From Chiloscyllium plagiosum (lineage: Eukaryota), in NCBI RefSeq assembly GCF_004010195.1, contig NC_057756.1:10533599-10578256 (forward strand): 44,658 bases of DNA. The letters run 5' to 3'. Below the pieces are notes generated by a model. That model had not been told where the DNA came from. It made no database searches and saw only the letters and a list, made by a program, of their open reading frames with translations. A program made the translations under genes and the position numbers. The stretch's first letter is position 1, and the number at the start of each line of letters is the position of its first letter. This document shows, in pieces, positions 1-10,572 of the stretch.

Positions 1-322
1 TTACTGTCATTTCTAATATTACTGGCTAGCCTACCATCATATTTGTTCCTCTCCTTCCTTATTTCTCTCTTTGTTGTCCTCTGTTTGTTTTTGTAGCCTT
101 CCCAATCTTCTGATTTCCCAGTGCTCTTGGCCACTTTATAGGCTCTCTCTTTTTCTTTGTTAGATTTCCTGACTTCTTTTGTCAGCCATGGCTGTCTAAT
201 CCCTCCCCGGATAATCTTTCTCTTCTTGGGGATGAACCTCTGTACAGTGTCCTCAATTTTACCCACAAACTCCTGCCATTTTTGATCTACTGTCTTCCCT
301 GCTAGGCTCTGCTTCCAGTCTG
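1..322 (-). mobile_element. CR1-type LINE ORF2 internal fragment
   Basis: Reverse strand near 1-45 reads KYDGRLASNIRNDS, resembling the CR1 ORF2 linker between endonuclease and RT; cut by the window edge. Confidence 0.6.
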
Positions 323-480
323 ATGAGTTTCGACTCAATACAACCTCAGAAAGGCCAAATACTTCCACTGTAGGAGACTGTAGGGTTAGTACTTTGTTGA
401 AGTCCTCACTGATAGCCTTGTGGACACTCTCCCTTTCTTTCCCTGTAGACGCAGTGAGTAAAAACAAGCTTTTGTAGGGA

Positions 481-1074
481 TCACAGAATCATAGAAACCC
501 GACAGTGCGGAAACAGGCCCTTCGGCTTAACCAGTCCACATTGACCCTCCGAAGAATAGCCCACCCAGACCCCTTCCCTTTCCCTATTACTCTACATAGT
601 GCACCAAACCAACATATCCCTGAGCTTTATGGGACAATTTAGCATGGCCAATTCACCCTAACCTGCACATTCCTGCACACTACAGGACAATTTCCCATGG
701 CCAATCCACACTAACCTGCACATTCCTGGACACGGTAGGGCAATTTAGCATGACCAATTCACCCTAACCTGCACATCCCTGGACACTATAGTACAATTTT
801 CCATGGCCAATCCACCCTAGCCTGCACATCCCTGGACACTATTGGACAATTTCCCATGGCCAATCCACCCTAACCTGCACATCGCTGGGCACTATGGGAC
901 AATTTCCCATGGCCAATCCACCATAGCCTGCACACCTTTGGACTGTGGGAGGAAACCGGAGCACACGGAGGAAACCCAGGTGGGACACAGGGAGAATGTG
1001 CAAACTCCACACAGACAGTCGCCCGAGGCTGGGATCGAACCCTGGCCCCTGGCGCTGTGAGGCAGCAGTGCTGG
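481..1074 (-). mobile_element. HE1-type V-SINE with expanded internal 53-bp repeat
   Basis: Reverse complement of tRNA-like head, V-domain (TGTGGGAGGAAACCGGAGCAC...GAGAATGTGCAAACTCCACACAGACAG), tandem units ~600-935 and CR1-like tail (ACAGTGCGGAAACAGGCCCTTCGG). Confidence 0.9.
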
Positions 1075-1384
1075 TCTCTCCCTTTCTTTCCCTGTAGACT
1101 CAGTGATAAAAACAAGCTTTCAAAGGGGTGGCCATGGAGTGGCAGCACAAACTGGTAATGCAGAAACTGGGGTTTGCAGAAGTGTCTCTGTTTCCCCATC
1201 CAAAGGTTCCTCATCAATGCCAGTGTAGCACATTTCATATTGAACTGCTCAGCTCAAACAGTTCAGGCTTTCAATCTCTCCCTTTTAGGTTCTATTAAAA
1301 CTGGCTTTAAACAGTCAAAGTCCCACTATATCCTACAAAACGGTGGGTACCATCAGGTACGAATCAATCAACCCCATGTGATTT

Positions 1385-2198
1385 GGGTGACATGGTGGCT
1401 CTGTGGTTCGCACAGCTGCCTCACACTGCCAGGCCCCTGGGTTCGATTCCAGTCTTGAATGGCTGTCTGTGTGGAGTTTGCATATTCTCCCCGTGTCTGC
1501 ATGGGTTTCCTCCCACAGTCTAAAGATGTGGAGGCTAGTGTGAATTGGCCATGGGAGATTGTCCCATTGTGTCCAGGGATGTGCAGGTTAGGGTGGATTG
1601 GCCATGGGAGATTGTCCCATAGTGGCCAGGGATGTGCAGGTTAGGGTGGATTGACCATGGGAAATTGTCCCATAGTGGCCAGGGATGTGCAGGTTAGGGT
1701 GGATTGGCCATGGGAAATTGTCCCATAGTGTCCTGGGATGTGCAGATTAGGGTGGATTGCCCATGGGAAATTGTCCCATAGTGGCCAGGGATGTGCAGGT
1801 TAGGATGGATTGGCCATGGGAAATTGTCCCATAGTGTTCAGAGATGTTTAGGTTAGGTGATTAGGTCAGGGGAGCAAGTGAGGACTGCAGATGCTGGAGA
1901 TCAGAGTTGAGAGTGTGGTGCTGGAAAAGCACAGCAGGTCAGACGGTATCCGAGAAGCAGGAGAATTGACGTTTCAGTCATAAGCCCTTCATCTGCTCAT
2001 TTCTGATAAAGGGCTTCTGCCTGAAATGTTGATTCTCCTCAGATGCTGCCTAACCTGCTGTGATTTTCCAGCATTAGTCAGGGGTAAATGTCGAGTAATA
2101 CTTTAGGGGAATGGGTCTGGGTGGGTTTCTCTTCGGAGGGTCAGCGTGGGCATGTTGGGCCAAATGGCCTGTTTCCACACTGTAGGGATTCTATGAAT
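1385..2198 (+). mobile_element. HE1-type V-SINE with 53-bp VNTR, interrupted by a Penelope terminal element
   Basis: tRNA-like head from 1385, V-domain, ~6 units at 1545-1855, tail GGCCTGTTTCCACACTGTAGGGATTCT. Confidence 0.9.
1872..2073. mobile_element. Penelope family-A terminal (pLTR) fold-back element
   Basis: Antisense then sense copy of the sequence found 3' of the Penelope endonuclease at 36205-36338; flanked by ATTAG(G)TCAGGGG on both sides. Confidence 0.8.
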
Positions 2199-2984
2199 GA
2201 ATTCCTCATTTTGAATTTACAAAGTTTTTCCACTTGGAATAAGTGAAAAGGAGGGATCTTATTTGAACTGTGTTCTGATCTAATGCACTTCCTTCCATTT
2301 TGTGAATAGAACACTGACACGAGATAAACAGCCAAAAGATAAGCTCTTTATTTCTCTCATCTCATTTGTCACAGCTATTCGGCCTGGGATTACATTCTGG
2401 GGCGAGATGCAACGGTTTATGTCCTGTGTTCATCTTGGGCAGTTCTGTAATACATGGCTCTGTGTTGTGCGGGCTGGTTACACGCAGATGTATTGAGATA
2501 AACATGACCTTGCAGACAACGTCCCAACAATTCGGTGAAAGACCCTCTTTGGGTGTCCCCACAAGCTGTTGGAAAGAGTTGTTCATGACCCAGTGTTACA
2601 GACTGGCACTTTCCAAGGCCCAGGACTACAGGTTAAGGGGCTGCAATAAAATCTTCGCAGATACAATGGTGAAAGCCCCTTGTTTCGGACGTGGTACAAG
2701 GACAGGACTCCTATCGACTTCATCCTCTGAGCTAGAATGTCACAGGTTCAAATCCCACCTGCTCCAGAGCCATATCATAACACCTCTGACCTGGTTAATT
2801 CAAAGGTATCTACAATGAGAGAGCTAAAAACACTGTCAGACCCTGGCTATATGCCCGATAAGGAGTGCACATGGTGAACACTGAGTATTGAATTGTGGAC
2901 ACTTGAGTGTAATGTGGAGAAACATTGCAATTTGAAATACTTTGGTAGGTTTCTTCGAGCCCAATTTCATTAATGGAAAACAAA

Positions 2985-3205
2985 TCTTTTAGATGATTCT
3001 TTCATGGGATGAGGGCATGGCTGGGTAGGTCAGCATTTATTGCCAATCCCTAATTGCCCAGAGGATAGTAAAGAATCAATCACATTGCTGTAGGTGGAGT
3101 CACACACAGGTCAGACTGTTAGGATGGCAGTTCCCTTCCCTAAAGGACATTAGTGAACTGGGTGGGATTTTCTGACAATCAGCAATGGATTAATGGTCAT
3201 CATTG
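2985..3205 (-). mobile_element. Second tRNA-SINE family, 3' part
   Basis: Reverse complement matches body and tail of the element at 14876-15248. Confidence 0.65.
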
Positions 3206-3677
3206 GGGGCGGCATGGTGGCTCAGTGGTTAGCACTCAGGGACCTGGGTTCAATTCCAGCCTCAGGTGACTGTCTGGAGTTTGCACATTCTCCCCGTGTC
3301 TGCGTGGGTCCCCTCTGGGTGCTCTGGTTTCCTCCCACAATCCAAAGTTGTATTGGTCTGGTGAATTGGCCGTGCTAGATTGTCTGTAGTGTGAGGTGCA
3401 TTAGTCAGGGAGAAAGTGAGGACTGCAGATGCTGGAGATCAGAGCTGAAAATGTGTTGCTGGAAAAGCGCAGCAGGTCAGGCAGGTCCTTGTTGCTGGAA
3501 AAGCGTCAGGCAGGTCCTTGGATGCTGCCTGACCTACTGCGCTTTTCCAGCAACACATTTTCAGCATTAGTCAAGGGTACATGTAGGGAAATAGGTCTGA
3601 GTGGGTTACTCTTCAGAGGGTCGGTGTGAACTTATTGGGCTGAAGGGCCTGTTTCCATACCGTAGGGAATCTAATCT
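3206..3677 (+). mobile_element. HE1-type V-SINE interrupted at 3411-3563
   Basis: Head GGCGGCATGGTGGCTCAGTGGTTAGCAC, V-domain, tail ending AATCTAATCT. Confidence 0.9.
3411..3563. mobile_element. Penelope family-A pLTR fold-back element
   Basis: Inverted pLTR arms; flanked by GCATTAGTCAGGG (3398-3410) and GCATTAGTCAAGGG (3564-3577). Confidence 0.8.
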
Positions 3678-3696
3678 AAAAAAAAAATTGGACTCT

Positions 3697-4200
3697 TAAA
3701 GTCATAGAGATGTACAGCACGGAAACAGACCCTTCAGTCCAACTCATCCATACCGACCAGATATCCCAACCCAATTTAGTCCCATTTGTCAGGACTTGGC
3801 CCATATCCCTCAAACCCTTCCTATTCATATATCCATCCAGATGCCTTTTAAATGCTGTAATTGTACCAGCCTCCACCACTTCCTCTGGCAGCTCATTCCA
3901 TACACGCACCGTTCTCTGAATGAAAAAGTTGCCCCTTAAGTCCCTTTTAAATCTTTCCCCTCTCACCTTAAAGTTATGCCCACTAGTTTCGGATTCGCCT
4001 ACCCTGGGAAAAAGAATTTGGCTATCCACCTTATACATGACCCTTTTGAGTTTATAAACCTCTATAAGGCCCTGCAATGCTCCAGCGAAAATAGCCCCAG
4101 CCGATTCAGCCTCTCAATATAGCTCAAACCCTCGAATATCCTTGTAAATCTTGTGAATCGTTTGAAATTTAACAACAGCTTTCAAAAAGCAGGGAAGACC
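3697..4200 (-). mobile_element. CR1/HER1 LINE 3' end
   Basis: ORF 3676-4077(-) GLIEVYK...FKVRGERFKRDLRGNFFIQRTVRVWNELPEEVVEAGTITAFKRHLD is the CR1 ORF2 C-terminus, followed by the 3' UTR. Confidence 0.92.
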
Positions 4201-4599
4201 AAAATCTTAATCCTAGACTTGTTTTTATTGAAGTCAAATTCCACCATCTGCCACGGCAGGATTTGAACCCAGGTCCCCACAACATTACTTGGGTCTCAGG
4301 ATTAACAATCACGTGACAATATTACTGGGTCACCATCTGCCCCTCTATTCCTTTGGTTCATCCCCCCCAAGCCCCAAAATTCGTTCTTATTTCATTACCT
4401 TCTTTATTGCTAGGTTGAAAGCACCTAACAGGTTCTTTAAGGTCTGATCTATATGATTGCAAGAAGACATGAGCACTTCGGTCTAAAGCAAATATATTCG
4501 CCTAATGTTCTTAATGTATATTGGGGACATATGCAAACTAATGCGAACTATGAGCCGAAACGACATACAAAGCAAATGGGTCTCCCACATTGTCTTCTT

Positions 4600-4930
4600 G
4601 GAGAAAGTGAGCAGCTGCCGATGCTGGAGATCAGAGTTGAAGAGCGTGGTGCTGGAAAAGCACAGTCACTCAGGCAGCGTCCGAAGAAAAGGGGAGTCGA
4701 CATTTCGAGCATTAGGAACGTGGGGGAGGCCCAAGGAGGCCCACAGATAAATGGGAAGGGGGTGGTGGTGGGGAGAAGGCAGCTGGGAATACAATATGTA
4801 GTTGGGGACGTCTCCTCCCCCCCCCCCACCTACATCCCTGATGAAGAGCTTATGCTCGAAACGGTGACTCCCCTGCTCCTCAGATGCTGCCTGACCGGCT
4901 GTGCTTTTCCAGCACCGTGTTCTTCGACCC
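4600..4930. mobile_element. Penelope family-A pLTR fold-back element with spacer
   Basis: Arms ~4600-4712 and ~4838-4930; right arm has CTGATGA-AGAGCTTATGCTC-GAAAC. Confidence 0.8.
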
Positions 4931-5383
4931 ACGTTTTCTTCTACCAGTCAGTGGCTCTGATGACATTGGCACTCAGAGCTGCCGCTCAGATTCCACAAGC
5001 GTCGGTGCCAGGAACCCCAGCCCAACGGTGAAAAGTCCGATCAAGTGGGGTGAAACTCCTGATATGAATACTATTCTGAACCTGAGGTTCCGGTCTGATG
5101 CCCCATTTTTCCAGCCCTCAGGAATATCAGGTGGAGAAACAAGTCCCGGTCACCTCCGGGCAGTTCCTGCTCCCCCTCAAGGTCAGGTTGGTCTCTACAC
5201 CCCACCAGTCAAAAGAGGCTGCTTTTATACTAGCCCTGTTTCTCATACACTTTCCTGCTTGATTTCACTTGCTCACTGTCATGGCCAGTACACCTTTGAT
5301 GATTAGCCCTTCACGGTCTGGTTTGAAGATCCCATTTTTACACCCAACTCTATTCCCTCTTTCCATCAGCCACCAAACTCCAC

Positions 5384-5511
5384 ATTCCTGATGAAGGGCT
5401 TTTGCCCAAAACGTCGATTTTCCTGCTCCTCGGATGCTGCCTGACCTGCTGTGCTTTTCCAGCACCACTCTAATTTTGACTCTAACCTCCAGCATCTGCC
5501 GTCCCCACTTC
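5384..5511 (+). mobile_element. Penelope family-A pLTR, solo copy
   Basis: CCTGATGAAGGGCTTTTGCCCAAAACGTCG...CCAGCATCTGC; the GAAA of the hammerhead core is mutated to AAAA. Confidence 0.8.
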
Positions 5512-6179
5512 TGTCAGCAAAATCCACAGCCCATGTGATGCAACAACTTCAACGAGGAAGAACATGCAGGCAATACGAGCGACACTGTGACGAGACCCGG
5601 ACACTTTCAGAACTACCTAGAAATACAAGGAGACCCGTGTAAGAGGAATGGACTAAGGGGGAGGGGATGGAAGGTTTCGTTAACATTGGAGTTGGAGAGC
5701 AGGGCTTGAATTGTGTTTCAGCTCCAACCTGTTGCAAAGATTTGATTGAATCTGTGCCAGAAAATGCATTGCAACAATACTTCCTTATTTAATAGGGCTG
5801 TGTTAGATCAACAAACCAGTATAGATTTCTCTAATACGCAGCTTCATTTATGTCCCTGGATCCAGCATCAGGATTTGGCCAGTACTAACAGAGAGAGCCA
5901 TTATGATAGAAGGCCTCCCTCCCAACATGAATTGGTGCTGCCCACTCCCTCCCTGCTCTGTACTGAGACTCTTTGTGGGCTTTGATCTTTTCATCAAATC
6001 CCACAACCTTGTAAAACACAAACTGATTGTCATTACCGTTGGCTTTGCTGCCTTTCGAATGCTTTTAAAACTTACTCGGGTGCTAGTTTTCCATTGCTTG
6101 TTTCTTTTGGAGAATTCTAACTGAGATGGGTGCTCTGATTTCAATGCAATTAATCGCCCTATCATTTGACATCAAGATG

Positions 6180-6801
6180 TGTGACAATGCTATGGCTTTA
6201 AGAGGTGCATTCAGTCCTTGTTTTTATGAAGAAAGGTTGATAGAGAAGAGAGGAGCATTCTACTCAGAGGCAATAAAGTAACCACTTTGTGAGACCTGGA
6301 GTTTTCTTTTGTAAAAGTTGGAACAATAGAAGCAGCTTGAATGGGCGGAGTCAAGAACCAGAATTTTGAATTTAGCTTTTAGCCGCAGTTGCTGGAGTCG
6401 TGAGGCTGGATGTGGAAGCATTTTCTCTCCCTCTCTGTGACAGCTAAAACCTGAGGTTCTCTTTCTGCTGTTAGAATTTGCATGTGAGAGAATCTATTTT
6501 ACTGAATTTGCCTTTGCTGAGGGTGTGTTTATGGGATGTTACTACATTTGAACAATCTCTGTTTAGTAGTTAAATAATCTATTATTCAGTTAAGTTTTCC
6601 AATCATGTTAAGTTATTCCAATTCTTTCTTTTGTTGCATCGTAACTACAGTTTCCAAATGAAGTGATGTTTGCTTCTGGAGTGGTAGTTTGGCCAATTGA
6701 ATTGCAGCTGGAAAGCAATGCCTGACCCTTGACTTCATAATAAGAAAAAGCTAGGGTCTAGGCTATCTTCTTCACATAGTTTGAGGGGTTGGTCCATAAC
6801 A
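6180..6801. mobile_element. Possible solo LTR
   Basis: TGTGAC...ATAACA termini, ~620 bp, LTR-like composition; no target-site duplication found. Confidence 0.35.
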
Positions 6802-7328
6802 TACACAGAGTGAATGGTGCAGGTTCAGTCAGGATATTCACCATGACACTGTAGACTTATGTCGTGCTTTGGTAAATCACCACAGGTTATCTTTAACTCA
6901 GCTACTTTGTCATGTTGTAGGTAAATCATGACAAGTTATTTTTAACTCAGCCACTTGCTAAAAAATCTCACAGATAATCAAGGACTGAAACATAGATTTA
7001 AACCTTATTGCTCAGTTAAGCCTCACAGCCCGACTTGGCCATTAGCTGATTAATGATGGAATCTGGCCAGGATTTTAACAGCGTCTGACTCAGGAACTGT
7101 TTGATCCTTGCACAGTGTTGGTCTTCTACTAACTTCTTCTGGCGATGGATTCTTATTGAGTTTTCACTCTTTCAAATGTGACATGATTGATGATCCAAAA
7201 CATTTTTTCATCCCTGACACTGCGTAAACTTTCACACCACCAGACGCCGGCAAACCTCTAACCTCTCAGAATAAGAGAAGCAGGAACACAGGAGGAAGTT
7301 GGAGTCAAGATTAGAGTAGTGCTGGAAA

Positions 7329-7704
7329 ATCCATTTGCTATAGCAGGTACAAAGGACAAACTAACCTCCTCCTGTAGGCGAAAGTGGGTACTGCAGACAC
7401 TGGAGATTAAAGTCAAGATTAGAATAATGCTGGAAAAGCACAGCAGGTCAGGCAGCACCCGAGGAGCAGGGAAATCGACATTTCAGGCAAAAGCCCTTCA
7501 TCAGGAATCAGGAATCAGGAATTAATCACTGATGAAAGGCTTTTGCCCAAAACGCTGATTTCCCTGCTCCTCGGGTGCTGCCTGACCTGCTGTGCTTTTC
7601 CAGCATTACTCTAATCTTGACTTTAATCTCCAGTATCTGCAGTACCCACTTTCGCCTACAGGAGGAGGTTAGTTTGTCCTTTGTATCTGCTGGAGCAAAT
7701 GGAT
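7329..7704. repeat. Long inverted repeat (~176-bp arms) made of two family-A pLTRs plus inverted flank
   Basis: 7329-7504 is the near-perfect reverse complement of 7529-7704; spacer contains (CAGGAAT) repeats. Confidence 0.92.
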
Positions 7705-7898
7705 AATAGCACAGTCTGTTTTTGACCCCATCTTCACCCTCCCGCGATCTCTCCCTGTCCCTTCATTCCAATGCCTCAAACCCTATCAACCTCAATCTTT
7801 GATCGACCCAATGATCGAGCAGGTAGAGAGGTTGAGAATTCCACAATCATGTCCAAGTGAAAGTGCGTGTCCTCAACTTCATCCTAAATGGCCCTCTC

Positions 7899-8680
7899 GG
7901 CACAGCCTTACAGTGCCAGGATCCCGGGTTCAATTCCAGCCTGGGGTGACTGTCTGTGTAGAGTTTGCACATTGTCTGAGTGGGTTTCCTCTGGGTGCTC
8001 TGGTTTCCTCCTGTGCAGGATAGGGGACTCTGCGACCCCCCATCAGGCACTCTGCTTCCCTTCCCAAGAACAAAGACACGGAGGAGTTCGTCCAAAACTA
8101 TTTATTCAGTTCTGCAGAACCGGGTGTTACCTCAATGGCTTCCCACGAGGCACACACACAGATTGTAATCCCCGCACGTTATATACATGTAGGAGTGGGC
8201 GGGGCCTTCTACTGTCTCAGCCAATGAGTGTTAAAGTTCCCCACTGTCCTCCTGATGTATGAGATTATTTGGTTATTCACCCAGCCAATCAGTGTTCGAG
8301 TTCCCCGCTTCTCCCTTATATGGATGATGACGTACAGCCGTGGTTGTGGGCGGTCCTTCAGCCACGAGGAAAGCTGTTTCCATTGTTCCATTCATGAAAA
8401 TCTGGGGGAGTGTCTGCTCGTGCTTACTACAGGGTAGAGAAGACTAAAATGGTGGCTTTGTACTTACTATGTGCTTACTACAACAGTTAATGATTTAAAA
8501 ATTACACCACCCCCTACACTCCCACAGTCCAAAGATGTGCAGGCCAGGTAGACTGGCCATGCTAAATTACCCAGTGTTAGGTGCATTACTCAGAGGGAAG
8601 TGGGTTACTCTTCAGTGGGTCGGTGTGGACTTGTTGGGCCGAAGGGCCTGTTTCCACTCTGTAGGGAATCTAACCTAACC
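7899..8680 (+). mobile_element. HE1-type V-SINE split by a solo LTR
   Basis: V-domain GGTTTCCTCC|CACAGTCCAAAGATG is broken at 8011 and resumes at 8519. Confidence 0.85.
8012..8518 (-). mobile_element. Solo LTR (507 bp)
   Basis: TGT...ACA ends; 4-bp TSD CTCC (8008-8011, 8519-8522); on the minus strand GC/CCAAT boxes, then TATATAA (8185-8179), then AATAAA (8106-8101). Confidence 0.85.
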
Positions 8681-9344
8681 TTTGTAGTTTCCCCGTCAAG
8701 TTAATTAATGACCAGGTCACATCTCGTTTCTTGAAATATAGACCGGAATCCATTCTCAATCTCTCCTCAGAGAGTGATCCTTCTCTTTTCAGGAATCAGT
8801 CTCAGGAATCTTCATTATATTCTCCCTCAAACAAACACATTCTTCCTTTGCGCAAAAGACTAGAACTGTCCATTGCTCTCCAGTTAGGAGCTCATCAATT
8901 TTAGCTGTCAGTCCCTTCTTACTCTGAAACTGCAATGTCTTTATAACAATGGCGAACATACCATTTGCCTTACAGTTGGTTTGGCGTACCTGCCTGTTAA
9001 CTTTCCGTGAAAGAAATGCCAGATCCGATTGAATGCGATAAGATACATGTCATTGGCTCTGTTTGCAGGGTTTCAAAGCTGACATCAAATAGTGAGTCTA
9101 AAATTAAACGGAAACAAAATGCTTTAAATTTAAACATTATGGAATATCCTTTGTTGTCATGTGGTACCAGATAACCTTTTGAGTTTTAATCTGGAGAATT
9201 ATGTTCTGGTTCATCCAATTTCACAAGTGGAGAGTGGTAATGGTCGCTAAGTAGGCTTGAATTCGCGTAATGCTTTGGCAAAGCTTTTAGTCTTGCACTC
9301 ATCAGGGCAATTAACAGTGGCATCTGTTGATGTTTTTAATCAGT

Positions 9345-10330
9345 CTAGAGTCATTGAGTCCTACAGCACGGAAACAGACCTTTTGGCCCAATCAGTCCAT
9401 GCCAACCGAGTTCTCAAACTAAATTAGTCCCACCTGCCCACTCCTGGCCCATGTCTCTCCAAACCTTTCCTCTTCATGAACTTATCCAAACGTCTTTTAT
9501 ACGTTGTAACTGTACCTGCACCCACCACTTCCTCTGGCAGCCCGTTCCACACACAAACCATTCTCTGTGTAAAACATTTGTCCCTCATGTCCTTTTTAAA
9601 TCTTTGTCCTCCAACCTTAAAAAATATGCCCCTTTGTTTTGAACTCTCCAACCCCAGGATAAAGACCCTTGTCATTCTCCTTACTTATGCCCTTCATGAT
9701 TTTATAAACTTCCATAAGGTCACCCCTCAACCTTCTGCACTCCAGTGCAAAAAGCCCCAGTCTTTCCAGTCTATTTTATAACTCAAACCCTCCATACCTG
9801 GCAACATCCTGGGAAATCTGTCCTGAACCCTCTCCAGTTTAATAATATCCTTCCTATAACAGGGTGACCAGAACTGGACACAGTATACCAGAAGGGGCCT
9901 CACCAATGTCCTGTACAACCTCAACATGACGTCCCCAACTCCTACACTCAAAGGGCTGAGCAATGAAAGCAAGCGTGCTAAATACATTCTCAACCCCCCC
10001 TGTCTACATGTAATAGGAGAAAGTGAGGACTGCAGATGCTGGAGATCAGAGTTGAGAGTGTGGTGCTGGGAAAGCGCAGCAGGTCAGGCAGCATCCAAGG
10101 AGCAGGAGAATCAACGTTTCAGGCAAAGGTCTGATGAAGAGCTTATGCCTAAAACGTTGATTCTCCTGCTCCTCGGATGCTGCCTGACCTGCTCTGGTCT
10201 TCCTGTCCATATGTAATGCAAATTTCAAAGAATTATGCTCCTGAACCCCTAGGTCTCTCTGTTCTATAAAAGTACTCAAGTCCTTGTTTTTACTTTCGTA
10301 AGTCTTGCCTTTGTTTGCTTTATCGAAATG
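9345..10330 (-). mobile_element. CR1/HER1 LINE 3' fragment with pLTR insertion
   Basis: Minus ORFs LYRTLVRPLLVYCVQFWSPCYRKDIIKLERVQ and VWNGLPEEVVGAG; 3' tail near 9345-9400. Confidence 0.9.
10015..10197. mobile_element. Penelope family-A pLTR fold-back element
   Basis: Inverted arms; TSD-like CCTGTCTACATGTAAT (9999-10014) / CCTGTCCATATGTAAT (10202-10217). Confidence 0.8.
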
Positions 10331-10377
10331 TTTATCCAACTCCATTTCCCACTCATCAGCCTATTGATCAAGATTGT

Positions 10378-10572
10378 GGGCAGCACGGTGGCACAGTGGT
10401 TAGCACTGTTGCCTCACAGCGCCGGAGACCCGGGTTCAATTCCCGCCTCAGGCGACTGACTGTGTGGAGTTTGCACATTCTCCCCGTGTCTGCGTGGGTT
10501 TCCTCTGGGTGCTCCGGTTTCCTCCCACAGTACAAAGATGTGCAGGTCAGGTGAATTGGCCATGCTAAATTT
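10378..10572 (+). mobile_element. HE1-type V-SINE 5' half
   Basis: Well-conserved A/B-box head and V-domain. Confidence 0.9.

Noticed and set aside
2416..2620. Minus-strand peptide with QSVTL...VYLN...AMYY, faintly like an Ig V domain
   Set aside because: Canonical Cys and Trp are missing, spacing is too short and no RSS is evident; probably chance.
10378..10450. tRNA-like A/B boxes here and at other SINE heads
   Set aside because: They continue into V-domain or SINE bodies, so they are SINE heads, not tRNA genes.
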